Below, one piece after another: positions 50,191 through 62,040 of a DNA stretch of 64,000 nucleotides. Position numbers and translations under genes: made by a program. A model generated the notes under the pieces. It made no database searches. It was not told the origin of the DNA and was given only the letters and a program-made list of their open reading frames with translations. Source of the DNA: Anthoceros angustus (taxonomy: Eukaryota; Plantae; Anthocerotophyta); assembly GCA_010909165.1 (NCBI GenBank), contig VJWM01000107.1, positions 992,001 to 1,056,000 of the forward strand, given 5' to 3'. Position 1 is the first letter of the stretch; every line of letters starts with the position of its first letter.

Positions 50191-53100
50191 GTTTATCTAG
50201 CGATGCAGCGGAAAATTAGGTTGATCTAGCATCATTAGGAACAATTTTTCAGAGGGCCTGCTAGACTAAATCGTGTGATGCAGGCAGTGGATGTTTTAGA
50301 ACACACTGGCCAGCATCCATATTCGGTAGTGGGTGCCGGACGCTGTGTTTGTAAAACATTTCAGCGTCAGCATCATTACCATAAAATAAATTTTTCGGAC
50401 TAAAAATATATAAGGAGGAGTATAATATCTAAGCAAAAATGCAAGAGCATTTCTTAGATGCTATACCCCTCTCCTGTTGCTCTAAGGACAAAATATTGAC
50501 TCGATACCATGACAATATTCTAGAGATGCTAGAAGATGCATAAGAGCAAACTTGTCATAGAGAAAACAAGACAATATATTAAGTGATCAAAAGAGTGTCT
50601 TATATACATAAGTTGTTTAACTCTAAGTGACCTTTCATTATACAACCCTAATTACTTAACCCGTGACCGGTTATATATATACAACCCTAATGGGTCATCT
50701 CATCACACAGGACAACACGGAGCTATGGTGAGTCGACGTAAAACATTTCCGCTTCTCCTCAGACTTTCTCATCTTCCGTGAGGATTTTGAAGGAAGGTTT
50801 TCTCCCACCGCACTTGCCGACTTGCCCCATTTCGACTTGCTAGGAGGGTTGGAGGAGCCAAGATGCTTGTACTTGTTCGCCATAATTCATGGCGGCCTTC
50901 ATGGCGCCGACAAGAGTGCTGGGGTTGGTCTGATTAACGTCCGCACGGAGCTCAAATCAAGGCCATCTATGAATTTCTCAACCTTTTGTTCTTCATCAAG
51001 GCGCTGGAGGTCCAAGGTAAGTCAGAAAACTTGTCACAGATTCCCGCATGCAGCCTTGTTGGTAGATTTTGCTAAACCGCTGATACAAGTCTCGCTAGGT
51101 TTGCGTGAAGGAAATGTTCCAGAATACCGCCTCAACACGCCCAAGTGTATATGGCGGTGTTCCATACCCAAGTCTACCCGCCGCTCGTTGCCTCCACTCA
51201 AATATAAAGCGTAGCCCCGAGTGACATCACATGTAATTGTATGCTCAAGGTCATCCTTTCACCGCCAGTATTTCTCCATTTTATCTAGCCACCATACACG
51301 GCTTGAGCCTCCTTAGTCAGTCCCGGCCGAAAGTGGTCGCCTTGATCTTCCGTTGTAACTCCTTGTCCAAATTGCAGGGCGAGGCTTGAAATGTTGCTCG
51401 TCCCCTTCCAACAATTCCGACCTCCTTTGCCTTGGCTTGCTCCCACCTCGATCGCGATGAGTTGGAGGCGCCTAGCCGTGGCCTTGATATCTTTGTTCTC
51501 CTTTCCTGGCCGGCAGCAGCCTCCACCACCCCTCAATGACTCTTCTCGAATTCTCCAATGGATTCGCAGACAGGAGCCTCGACCTTCCTCTTCCTCTCGC
51601 CTCCATCCGCTTATGGGTGTGGGGCGGTACGTCCTGCCTCTCGTACTGTGAACAACGGGAGGAGAGGATTGTGGTGGGTCGGCCGGTCCTCCGACCGGTG
51701 CTCGCTGGCGTGGTCCGATCCCGACTCAAGAGACTGCCTAGGCACTGCAAGACGCCATAGCCTTCCAATTTGCTTTTGGTTGGCCCGACAACGTGTCGAG
51801 TTCGCAGTTAATTTCGACCCACACATCAATAACTCAGTAGCCTTGCCCGAGGTGTCGCCAAAGAAGATTTCGAGGTGAGAGATCCTCCGATCCATGTCCG
51901 CCGGGCCGTTTGTCTCCGTAGAAAGTGTTTCCCACCATTTCGCCGTGGTCGCGCTGCTGTGTTCCCACGGAGCCGGGAGGGCGTCGTTCGCACGACTCGC
52001 TTCCTGGGCCGGTCGCATATTTCGATCACTGCAAGATGTGGCGGCCGAGAGTCTTCTCGCTCGACTCAGATCGGGTCTGTGGCTTCCCCGAGTCGCTCTT
52101 CGCCCGACGCCGCCTCACTGTCCTTCGGTGGCCGGTCGGGAGCTTGACCGAGCACCTGGATCTCGCGCCTTCCCCGATTCGCCTCACCGGTGGCCTCCTC
52201 GACCAGACTGACCGCCGATGCTTCCGACACTGATCCTCGCCGGCTGTGAGTTCCCGCCTCCATCTCGTTGTGCTTGTCGTTTCCCATGTCCGCCGACGAG
52301 AGCCTTGTTGGGTGCATCTAGCCACCTCCCGCCGAGAATGGAAATACAATGAAGCATTTACTTCGAGGTATGTCCGATCTTGACTACCCGGGAGTCCGCC
52401 TTCTTGTCTCGCTTCAGACACGCCTCGATGCAGCCGGATCTGCCGCCACCGACCTCCATTTTATTTCCGGATCTTGTACCTCTGCAGGTGATTCACTTGC
52501 TCGATACCAAATGTAACTAGTCGGCCTCAATTCTACGCCGCCAGAATTCTAGGACGCACCGCCACCGCTAGGTGAGCCTGCTGCACGTGGCTGCATTCTT
52601 TCACCGTTGTTTACTTTACATAGCCGCATCGCCCCGAACGCAAGACCCGCTACGCAACTATTAGTCACGCTTTCGTTTTAACCTACTGCTAGTACCAACT
52701 TGGGTTTTCGTTAACTACGGTTTATCACTAACTAAGGTCACCGGTTCGTTAAGTTCTAACCTCCAGTTAGTATTCGCTTCTGACGTTTATCGCCTAAGTT
52801 TCTATCGCAGTTTCTTTGGCAACGCGATTCGGTCGGCATTCGCTGCCCCTTAAGTCTGCCGGCCGGTCGCGTCCGCGGCCGGGCTCCCTGCACTGATAGC
52901 ATGCTTCAGGCCCTCGTTCAGATAGGCACGGGCGTTTTCCGCTCCTGCTGGTGTAACAAATGTTGGATCAAAAAGCTCCAAATCATACACGATACATGAG
53001 CCGCCCAAACTGCCACCTAACCACCTTGAATGTGCTTGGATGAGGATGACACGTATTCACCTCACCAAAGCACATTGATAAGAGCGCTCCCAAAATCCCA

Positions 53101-55082
53101 AAGAACGTAAGAAACCAGCCTATTGTCACTAAACCACTTTAAAACTCTTAAGAATTGGACCCCAAAGAACGTAAGAAACCAGCCTATTGTCAATAAACCA
53201 CTTTAAAACTCTTAAGAATTGGACCCTGAAGAACGTAAGAAATCAACCTATCCTCAATAAATCACTCTAAAACTCTTAAGAATTGGACCCCGACGAACGT
53301 AAGAAACCAGCCTATGGTCAATAAACCACTTTAAAACTCTAAAGAATTAGACTGACGCAATGTTTTTTGTGGACGAACTTTCGCTGGCGGATGGACGGAT
53401 CACGGACCTTGTTAGAAGACTCGGAGCCTAAGAAGTTCAACATCGCAACAATAGTGTGGGATGAGGAAGACCCAGCAACAATTGCCCGACGGTGCTTGGA
53501 AGACTTGGATCTAATGATCAAGCACAAACATGGGGGTATACACTTTCGGGGTGTTGACAAGCCCCATGGGAACTACTATTGGGACTATTTCTGGAATTTT
53601 TATTCCGCACGGAGGTGCAAGTTCCTCCTCCGTGAAGCTGAAACTCTAAGGACTCGGTTAGAGAGCATTTCATTTCCTGAAGCAACCTTCTAAATCAAGA
53701 GATCGTTTGTGTGCACGGCTTGTTAGGCAAACAGGAGCCGTGAAGGAAAGCTTAGCGAATGATGAGTCGATGACAAGCCTTAGGTTAGGACATCAAGCCT
53801 TTTGCACTTGAATGTGGTGAGGTCCGAGGTGCCACTTTGTTAGATATACCTATGCACATGTGTAACATATAGTTATAGGCGTATTAGTATGGGAACACAT
53901 ACACACGGGCAGCAAATGTATGAGCTCTTTCTCACTATCATTCGTCAAAGGATTCCACCAACCAGTTTGCCTCAAGCTTGAGGGCTTTATGTGATGCCAT
54001 TCCGCAATGTTCGCTTTGTGTCACGACCGGTGGTAATCCACTACCGCAAGGGCTGCAAGAGAACTGCAAGTTGGCTCTTCCTAACCCCATGAGACCAGGA
54101 AAACGATATATTGGTCGAATCGCACAACCTAGGGCCTTAATAGGCTTACCTACGTGCTCACACCATGTGAGACTTTCAAGACGCTTTTACACTCTCAATT
54201 CATACACATTTCAATTTTTCCCCATCACTCGTAGTGGCATACTCACAAGGGCCATATGGACATGCATTCACGTATGGTAGGGCCCCTAGACCATGGCGGA
54301 AACGTCTGCGCCTCTCGTAGCTGGGTCCTACACAGGACACAAGTCACATATCGCTCTTTAGTGATGTAGAGGCGCAAGTGCTGATTCTTGGCACGGTGGA
54401 GAGCTCCTCCAGCTATCGCCACCATGCTTAAACAAAAGACACTTTCAAAAAGCAGCTCACGTAGGAAGAAATGCCACCATTTCTTAAGCCAAATAGACAA
54501 CATTTATAAGAACGTGGTTACTAAGCATCTTGTGCTTGATCGATACTTAGATGGGGTGTCTAGAGTGGATACCCTTGGTGCGAATAATGAGGCACACTAT
54601 AGTACAAGTTGTTAAGAACCAAGTCCTATTATAGGAAAATTCAATCAAGTGGACTATAATAGACAAAGAGCTAGGTAAAGATTTAGAATCACCCACCTTA
54701 GTAGAAAAAGGGACCCACACTCATCCATGCCTCGTCTCATCATCACTAACCACATCATTTATGTGCGGAAAATGCTCAGCTTATGTGTGTGAATCACATT
54801 CCTCAGCATTTATTTCGTAAATAATGTCAATCCCATTTATTGTTGCAATCATTTCATTCCGCATTTCATTGAGGATTTCATCTAGTCTTGTGCATTGTAA
54901 GAAGCTCATCCGTGTTTATCTCATCATCATGAAGATTTTATTATTATAATCTAATTATATGATGTTTAAATTAGTTTATTATTAAAAATATAATAAAATA
55001 TAAAATAAGGAGATGAATATTTAGTATCCGTGCGAATAGACATAACGATTTTCATAGCGACTATAACGACTTAACTTACTTA

Positions 55083-55477
55083 ATGAGAAACTCTATTGAG
55101 AGAGTAGAGATGAGAGGATCTACATATGTTTATCAAAATGAAGAAGCCGATGATTCAAGTGACTGCAAATTTTGCCTTGATAAACTTGAGGTGGGCCAAG
55201 AGATTACTAAAATAAACATATGTGCTCATTTGTATCACAAAAATGTTTGATCCATGGTTGCATATGTGTGGCGTGACGACATGCCCACTATATGTAGACG
55301 TGAAGTATACTTTAGAGAAGAGAATACAAATAGTGGTTTATCATCTCAAGACCGGTTTACCCTGGTTTTCACCTAACCTCATGCCCCGCCTCATGGCCTT
55401 GTTGTTCCATGTTTTAGCATCCTTGGCTAATCGTAGTTGTCATGCACAACATTAGTTGTAGTTTTGTTAGGATTTAG
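55083..55477 (+). CDS. RING-H2 protein a (copy F)
   Basis: Colinear with 33379-33787 (FDPWLHMCGVTTCPL). Confidence 0.7.
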
Positions 55478-55929
55478 GATTATCGTTGTTTTCTTTCCAC
55501 AAAAATCATTCAATTTTTTTAACAATATGCTTTTCAAAAGAATATCCGCCTTTAAATCATTATGTGAGATGTACGTGTTCTTCAAACATATCTTGAAAGA
55601 GTTCACATGGGCGAAATCCAAGGACAAAATAAAAATGACACATGGGCCAAATCAAGTACAAAATAAAAACCGAAACATGATCGAAATCCAAGGACAAAAT
55701 AGAAAATGACAGCCTAAATAAACAAAAGTAGGTCAAATTTTAGATGTACAAAATCCAAGGTCATTATCAAAATGATGGCCTATATATGAAGGTATATGCT
55801 TCTTTCACATACTTTAGAAAAGAGGGTATTTTCATAACCTTTTGAAGAGGTTTTTCTCATAACATTTACTATTCTTCGTGCATTACGGTTATACTAGCCT
55901 ACATAACATTCAGAATATTGTTAGAAATC

Positions 55930-56418
55930 ATGAACACGTCTTCAATTTACAATGTATCTACAAATGTTTATCAAAATGAAGAAGCGATGATTCAAGTGAC
56001 TTGTCTTTTTGCCTTGATAGTCTTGAGGTGGGCCAGGATTACTAAAATAAATATATGCTCATTTGTATCATAAAAATGTTTAGATCCATGGTTACATATG
56101 TGCGGGCGTAGACATGCCCATTATGTAGACGTGAAATACACTTTAGAGAAGAGATTAGAAAAAGGTTTACCATCTCAAGACGAAAGTCATCTTCCACATC
56201 AATTTCGAATGACCTCATTTCCATCCAAGAGGACATTCAAATGATAAGAGATATTGTGAGGGAGAGTAGAGATGGATATAATGTCGCAGCGGATTGAACA
56301 AAGCTTCCGACAAGATGGAGAAAATGCAATCCAAAGTAACGTAAGATGAAAGGCTTTTCTTGTATGTTGAATTGCAATGGTGTCTTGCTATATATGAACA
56401 GGCATCCGGATCAAGTAG
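55930..56418 (+). CDS. RING-H2 protein b (copy F)
   Basis: Colinear with 30246-30752. Confidence 0.7.
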
Positions 56419-58216
56419 CTTTGGCACTATCCTATGGTGGATAGGGCCATCCCATCTAGTGAGTACACACACCTATTATAGATGGAGCCACCCTTTCCAA
56501 CGAGTACACCTAGATGATTTAGATCATCTCATTTATATTGAGAAGAAAGTATTAAATAATCATTTGAATTAATTTTGATTATTTTAGTTATTTATTTAAT
56601 AATTATCATATAACTATCTTCTATTTTTGTATAGATAAGTCATTTTTCTGATTAAATTTACATGAATATTTATGGGTTTTCAAAACAATTCTGGTTTTGT
56701 TGAAAATATACATAAAAAATAGGACAAAGCCCTCCAAAGAGACCTTCACATGTGAGACAATATGACCCTCCAGCAAAGACAAGTGGACAATGTTGAATAA
56801 GAACACCTACACACGAACCTAAAACACCGACTACCTCCGAACTCCCAATCCACTCAAAGCTTGAGACTCATAAGTAAACCTCAAACGACACCATCCAACC
56901 AGCCAAGCTGATAACATGGCCAATGTAGGATCAAAAAGCTCCAAATCATACACGATACATGAGCCGCCCAAAGCGCCACCTAACGCTTGAATGTGCTTGG
57001 ATGAGGATGACACGTATTCACCTCACCAAAGCACATTGATAAGAGCGCTCCCAAAATCCAAAGAACGTAAGAAACCAGCCTATTGTCACTAAACCACTTT
57101 AAAACTCTTAAGAATTGGACCCCAAAGAACGTAAGAAACCAGCCTATTGTCAATAAACCACTTTAAAACTCTTAAGAATTGGACAAGAACGTAAGAAATC
57201 AACCTATCCTCAATAAATCACTCTAAAACTCTTAAGAATTGGACACGAACGTAAGAAACCAGCCTATGGTCAATAAACCACTTTAAAACTCTAAAGAATT
57301 AGTGACGCAATGTTTTTGTGGACGAACTCGGATGGATGATCACGGACCTTGTTAGAAGACTCGAGCCTAAGAAGTTCAACATCGCAACAATAGTGTGGGA
57401 TGAGGAAGACCCAAAGAACAATTGCCGGTGCTTGGAAGACTTGGATCTAATGATCAAGCACAAACATGAGGGTATACACTTTGGTGTTGACAAGCCCCAT
57501 GGGAACTACTATTGGGACTATTTCTGGAATTTTTATTCCGGACGGTCGAGGCAGCAAGTTCCTCCTCTGAAGTCGAAAACCTCTAAGGACTCGGTTAGTA
57601 GAGCATTTCATTTCCCAAGAAGCAACCTTCTAAATCAAGAGATCGATTTGTGTGCACGGCTTGTTAGGCAAACAGGAGCCGTGAAGGAAAGCTTAGCGAA
57701 TGATGAGTCGGACAAGCGCCTTAGGTTAGGACATCAAGCCTTTTGCACTTGAATGTGGTGAGGTCCGAGGGTGCCACTTTGTTAGATATACCTATGCACA
57801 TGTGTAACATATAGTTATAGGCAGTACATAGTATGGGAACACATACACACGGGCAGCAAATGTATGAGCTCTTTCTCACTATCATTCCAAAGGATTCCAC
57901 CAACCAGTTTGCCTCAAGCTTGAGGGCTTTATGTGATGCCGTTCACGCAATGTTCGGCTTTGTGTCACGACACGGTGGTAATCCACTACCCGCAAGGGCT
58001 GCAAGGGAACTGCAAGTTGGCTCTTCCTAACCCCATGAGACCAGGAAACGATATATTGGTCGAATCGCACAACCTAGGGCCTTAATAGCTTACCTGCTCA
58101 CACCATGTGAGACTTTCAAGACGCTTTTACACTCTCAATTCATACACATTTCAATTTTTCCCCATCACCGTAGTGGCATACCGGCGGCCATATGGACATG
58201 CATTCACGATGGTAGT

Positions 58217-61200
58217 TGTAGACGCATCCGACTTGGAAACTGCTGGGACGCGCCCTAAGTGTTTTTTTTTGTTTTGGGATCCGTGTGAAATAAGTCGGGT
58301 TGGTAGTAGGCAGGTATTTATAGAAGAAATGCCCTTGGCCTATGGATTCTTTTCTTGTTTTGATTTTTAAGTTAGAAAATAAATGGTCCGGAATTTGGTG
58401 TTCCTTGGCCCATGGACTCGGAATGTTCCTAAAAAGTCTATATATGTGAGATAGGGGGTTTGGAATAATTAGAGTGTGATAGGTCTATAAGTGACGCGCC
58501 AGAGTGAATGAGTGGGGTTGTGGATTGGGATGTGGAAGCAGAGAGGTAACAGAGTAGGGGAACCGGGAAACTTAACCCTAGGAATGATGTAATCCTGCTC
58601 AAACAACGGAGCGCCGACGGAGCGACCGGAGCGCGACGAAGCGGGAGTCGGTCCGGGGCACCGTGATCGCAGGAGGGCGAGGCGCAACGACGGGAAGGAG
58701 CCCAACCCCGTCCGATATCGCGAGGCGCGACGCAGAGGAGGAAGGCGACCGCGCCCTTGCCGAGGAGGTAGGAACCCCGAGACCGACCTCCGTGAAATTC
58801 GCAGAGGTGGCGCTGGTTTGAGACCAGAAGACTGGAGAGGGATGGCGCCCAAGGTCACCACCGAATTGTGCTTGCCCAATGGCCGAACATGGATCATTGG
58901 AAAGTTCGAGCTGAGGGTGAAGGAGTCAAGCCGGGTTTCATGGAAGAGCGGTGGAATTACATGAACTCGGACAGGAGGTGCGCGCCACCGGGACAAAACC
59001 AAAGCGGGGATTTAGAGGCCGCAGGATTGGGACCGGAGTTGGTTAGAAGGGTGTGGCGGGCGGAGGAGGCGGGCGGTTGGTGATGGAGCCGCCCAGAAAA
59101 GAAGCACAAGAGCAGCACCGCCCGTTAAAGCGGGCGACGCGAACCCAACGGGCCGGGTTGACGAGGGATTTGGCTGCTTGATGGGTCCGCCAGTGGCTCC
59201 TATGTTTCGCAGACAAGAAGCGTGATTATTTGTGTCACCACTTGCCGCTTCATGAAGTGGTCAAGGGGCGAAGATCGAGAATTCTCTCGACAAGTTGTGT
59301 GAAGAGAGGTTGAACTTGATTTCCTCCGCCTCGGCCTCTAATCTCACCATTTCGTCCATCTTTATGTTTACGCTAACCGCCCCGCTGAGGTGGAGATTGT
59401 AGCCTCCTCCACATGTGGAAGCCGCTAGGGAGGTGAAATGGAAGGCGGAGGAGCCCAAGGAGGAAAAATCGGATAGCCGGGAGCACAGGCCTGGAGGAGG
59501 AGAAGGAAATTCCACCAAAGAAAAGGAGGAAGACCGGGGTGAAAGGCGGCATCAAAAAAGGTGAGAGCGGATGCGCGTCACTGTGTCGAAAAACGGGCGC
59601 TACAGAAAATGAAAGCCAAACGGGCTTGGAGGTGGCGAAGAGGAGGCGCGATCCGAGGACAATTTTGCCGACTGGATGCGATGATGAATCAACGGAGGGT
59701 TTAGGCTGACCTCGGACCCTCCTCAAAGATGGGAAGAGATTTTCAAGGGACTCCACCGCAACAGAGGTGGATGCAACCGAATTGGTGAGGGTGCGCACTG
59801 GGAGGAAAGTTCTCGAGGGATGGCGTCTGGGCCGCCACAACAAGTGGACTTGTGAGCCGACCACGCCGATGATCCGCCCCAAGCGATTTGTTGGATCAAG
59901 CGGCTTTAGCTCACCGCCTGTGCAGGGCGACGGAGGAAGTGGTGAAGGCCAGTTTGACGAAGAGGAGGCCAAGCGCAAGCAATCGGAGGAAGACAAGCGG
60001 AACCTAGAGGAAATAAGGGCCAAGATTCAAGAAGATTTGTGCAGGCCTGTGAGAAGTTGCAAGCCATGACGAGCCAGGAAGCACTCATGGCTCAAATTAA
60101 GGATGCCCAGAGACGAACCAGAGATGCAGGGGAGTTGTTGCAGCCCAGAGCGTGAAGCGGCCTCGTGGAAAAGGCCCATAAGCTAGCGGAGCGATATAAG
60201 CGGAGCGGATGAGGCACGTGGGCCGTAAAAGACAAAGGGAAGGGGAAGCGGGTAGCAGGACCACGATCGAGTAGCGGAAGGCCTACCGAGGAAGGAAGCA
60301 AGAACCGAGGTAGCCGAAACCTCACCTACCGCGGGTTGTCGAACAACGACGGCCGTGGAGTCCACTACCGCGTAGTCGAAACCGCCACCGACATTGGCGC
60401 AACCAACCCAAGCGTGCGTGGCGGATGCGACGTGGCGCCTCGCGAGGACATAGGCCAGCAACTGTGTAGCCTACGGGAGGAGGGGTAAGCTCAAGGGGGT
60501 CCTATATTACGGCACATGGATGAGGAAACTTATGGTCTATATGTGAATGGAGAACGCGTGCTTAACCTCACCGCCCATGTGCGTGTGGAAATAGGAGGGA
60601 TCGTGGCCTACCATCGCAAGTGAGGACCAAGTACTTCTACCATCGCCCGGTGTGGGGGTCCTATTATGCGGAGGCGACTTTGGAGGAGTTGAGCGAGGAG
60701 GAGGTCCAGCTTGGGTGGACGAGGAGCCGAATAATCCTCAAGAATAGGCGGCCGGAAGATGCGAAGCCCAGGTGGTACACCTCAAATTCGACGCCCAGGG
60801 ATGAGGTGGAAGTAGTGTGGGAGAACCCGTCCACCAGCGCGTGGCAAGGAGAGCTCGTGGCGGCAGCAATGGAGGACGAGGCCGACGCCAAGTCGAGGTA
60901 GGGCAGACAGCGAGGGTGAGGTGGTAGCAACCTAAAGATAATTTGGTTAGGATGCTGACCTAGGATCGCCCGACCAGGCCCTTCGCGATAGCCATCTTAG
61001 GACCTAAAATCAGGTGCCCCACCGATGTATAAGAGGGGCGAATTAGGTCCCTCACGATAATTCCCCGGTTGAGATCCCCACGCCTGTGGCTGGTTGGAGA
61101 CGTCCGACACAGAGGCGGTGGTGGCGCAGACGCCCTAGGGGTGGTCGAGAGCTTGCTCGCACTGGGAGGAGGGGTGATAAAGCAATCTTGGCCGACAAAG

Positions 61201-61954
61201 GAGGAGGAAACCAAGGGATTGGCGCGGTCCGGAGCTTGCTGTAACGCCTGTGACGCCTGGGGTTCTTTCCTTCACACTTGTCCCGCTAGTTGTGTTCAAT
61301 TGAGAAGTGTTGAGTGGATGGTTGGAAGCCCGGGCAATTGAGGGAGAGAGAGAGAGAGGAGAAGATTGGGTGAAGGAGTGACTAAACAATCAGACGCGAT
61401 GCGAGGTGAGAGGGGTTGAGAAGGGAACTAATTGAGAGGCTAAAGGAGATTTGTGTGAATCCAAAGAAACCAAACCGGTGGAAGGCGCAAGGGGAACAGG
61501 CCTTGTAAAGTTGTGTGAGTGTGGCGCCTTTGTGTGTGTGTGTGAGCGTGAGGATTTGTGGAATTTAGGTCCCTAGGAATCGGTGTGTGTGTGTGTGTGT
61601 GTGGAGCGATCCGTGCGCGCCGTGGACGCCTGCGGGATCCGCGGCCGGCCGAAATAAGTCGCTAGGGTTTGGGTGTGGGACCCACCTCGTGGTCGAAGCA
61701 ACCACGGTGAGAGAGCCACCGCCGTGGAATGAGATTTGGTCGTGGAATAAGAGCCGTGGTAGCTAGACAAGTCGGGGGTAGTGGTTGAGTAGATAGGTAA
61801 GAGGAGTAATAGCAAGTAAGTCTTGACTTAGGTGAAGGTGAGCGATAGAAGTTAGCGCCTCACAAACCATTCACAAACCATTGGGAGCGAATCCTAAGCC
61901 TACAACGACATTGAGGGTGAATGTGGACCTCCATCGGACACAATCCACTCCACA
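58217..61954 (+). repeat. 5' LTR, ~3.7 kb
   Basis: TG...CA termini adjacent to the PBS. TATAAGAGG at 61028, with (GA)n and (GT)n tracts downstream. The partner LTR lies outside the window. Confidence 0.6.
58760..60300 (+). CDS. Accessory ORF inside the LTR (U3), frameshifted
   Basis: Stitched fragments GSYVSQ, SGQGAKIE, ISPF.VHLYVYAN (59341-59375), then a charged coiled coil (EEEAKRKQSEEDKRNLEEIRAKIQE; EKLQAMTSQEALMAQIKDAQRR). Confidence 0.45.
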
Positions 61955-61957
61955 TTT

Positions 61958-61972
61958 TGGCGCTGTCGGGAA
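61958..61972 (+). promoter_or_regulatory. Primer binding site, non-Met type (TGGCGC..., as in Athila/Tat)
   Basis: ccaca-ttt-TGGCGCTGTCGGGAA. Confidence 0.65.
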
Positions 61973-62040
61973 TGAAATCACAAGGACGAGGTAGAACTAA
62001 CCATAGCTTAAGTAGAGTCTAGCATTAGATTGATAGATGG

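Larger units (their letters stand above)
43692..50708 (-). mobile_element. Complete Ty1/copia retrotransposon nested in gypsy gag
   Basis: ~208 bp LTRs at 43692-43899 and 50510-~50708 (right end garbled). TSD AGGAC at 43687-43691 and 50709-50713, PBS 50500-50509. The gypsy Zn knuckle KCFTSTHHSSVLS|PHRKDFISWLKETG rejoins across the insertion. Confidence 0.9.
39202..52958 (-). mobile_element. Complete chromoviral Ty3/gypsy retrotransposon inserted into RING unit D/E, with a nested copia
   Basis: 447 bp LTRs at 39202-39648 and 52512-52958 (TGTAAC...TAACA). TSD AATGT at 39197-39201 and 52959-52963; the empty site catggccaatgttggatc is intact at ~31252. PBS 52499-52509 and PPT 39649-39657. Order gag, PR (LLDSGASHH), RT (VFLDDILI), RH, INT, chromodomain. 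Confidence 0.95.
29267..58216 (+). repeat. Tandem array of the ~3.97 kb unit: copy B 29267-33220, C 33221-37196, D/E 37197-39201 plus 52959-54924, F 54925-58216 (truncated)
   Basis: The anchor catcatgaagatttt occurs at 29267, 33221, 37197 and 54925. Periods are 3954, 3976 and 3966 bp after removing the nested insertion. Confidence 0.95.

Noticed and set aside
11586-52958. All four nested elements on the minus strand as evidence of orientation bias
   Set aside because: Four events in the same orientation has a 1-in-8 chance, which is not informative.
29267-58216. 4 kb unit as a Helitron, CACTA element or endogenous virus
   Set aside because: No Rep/helicase, transposase, TIRs, convincing hairpin-CTRR end, polymerase or capsid motif was found. 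Not excluded at a larger scale.
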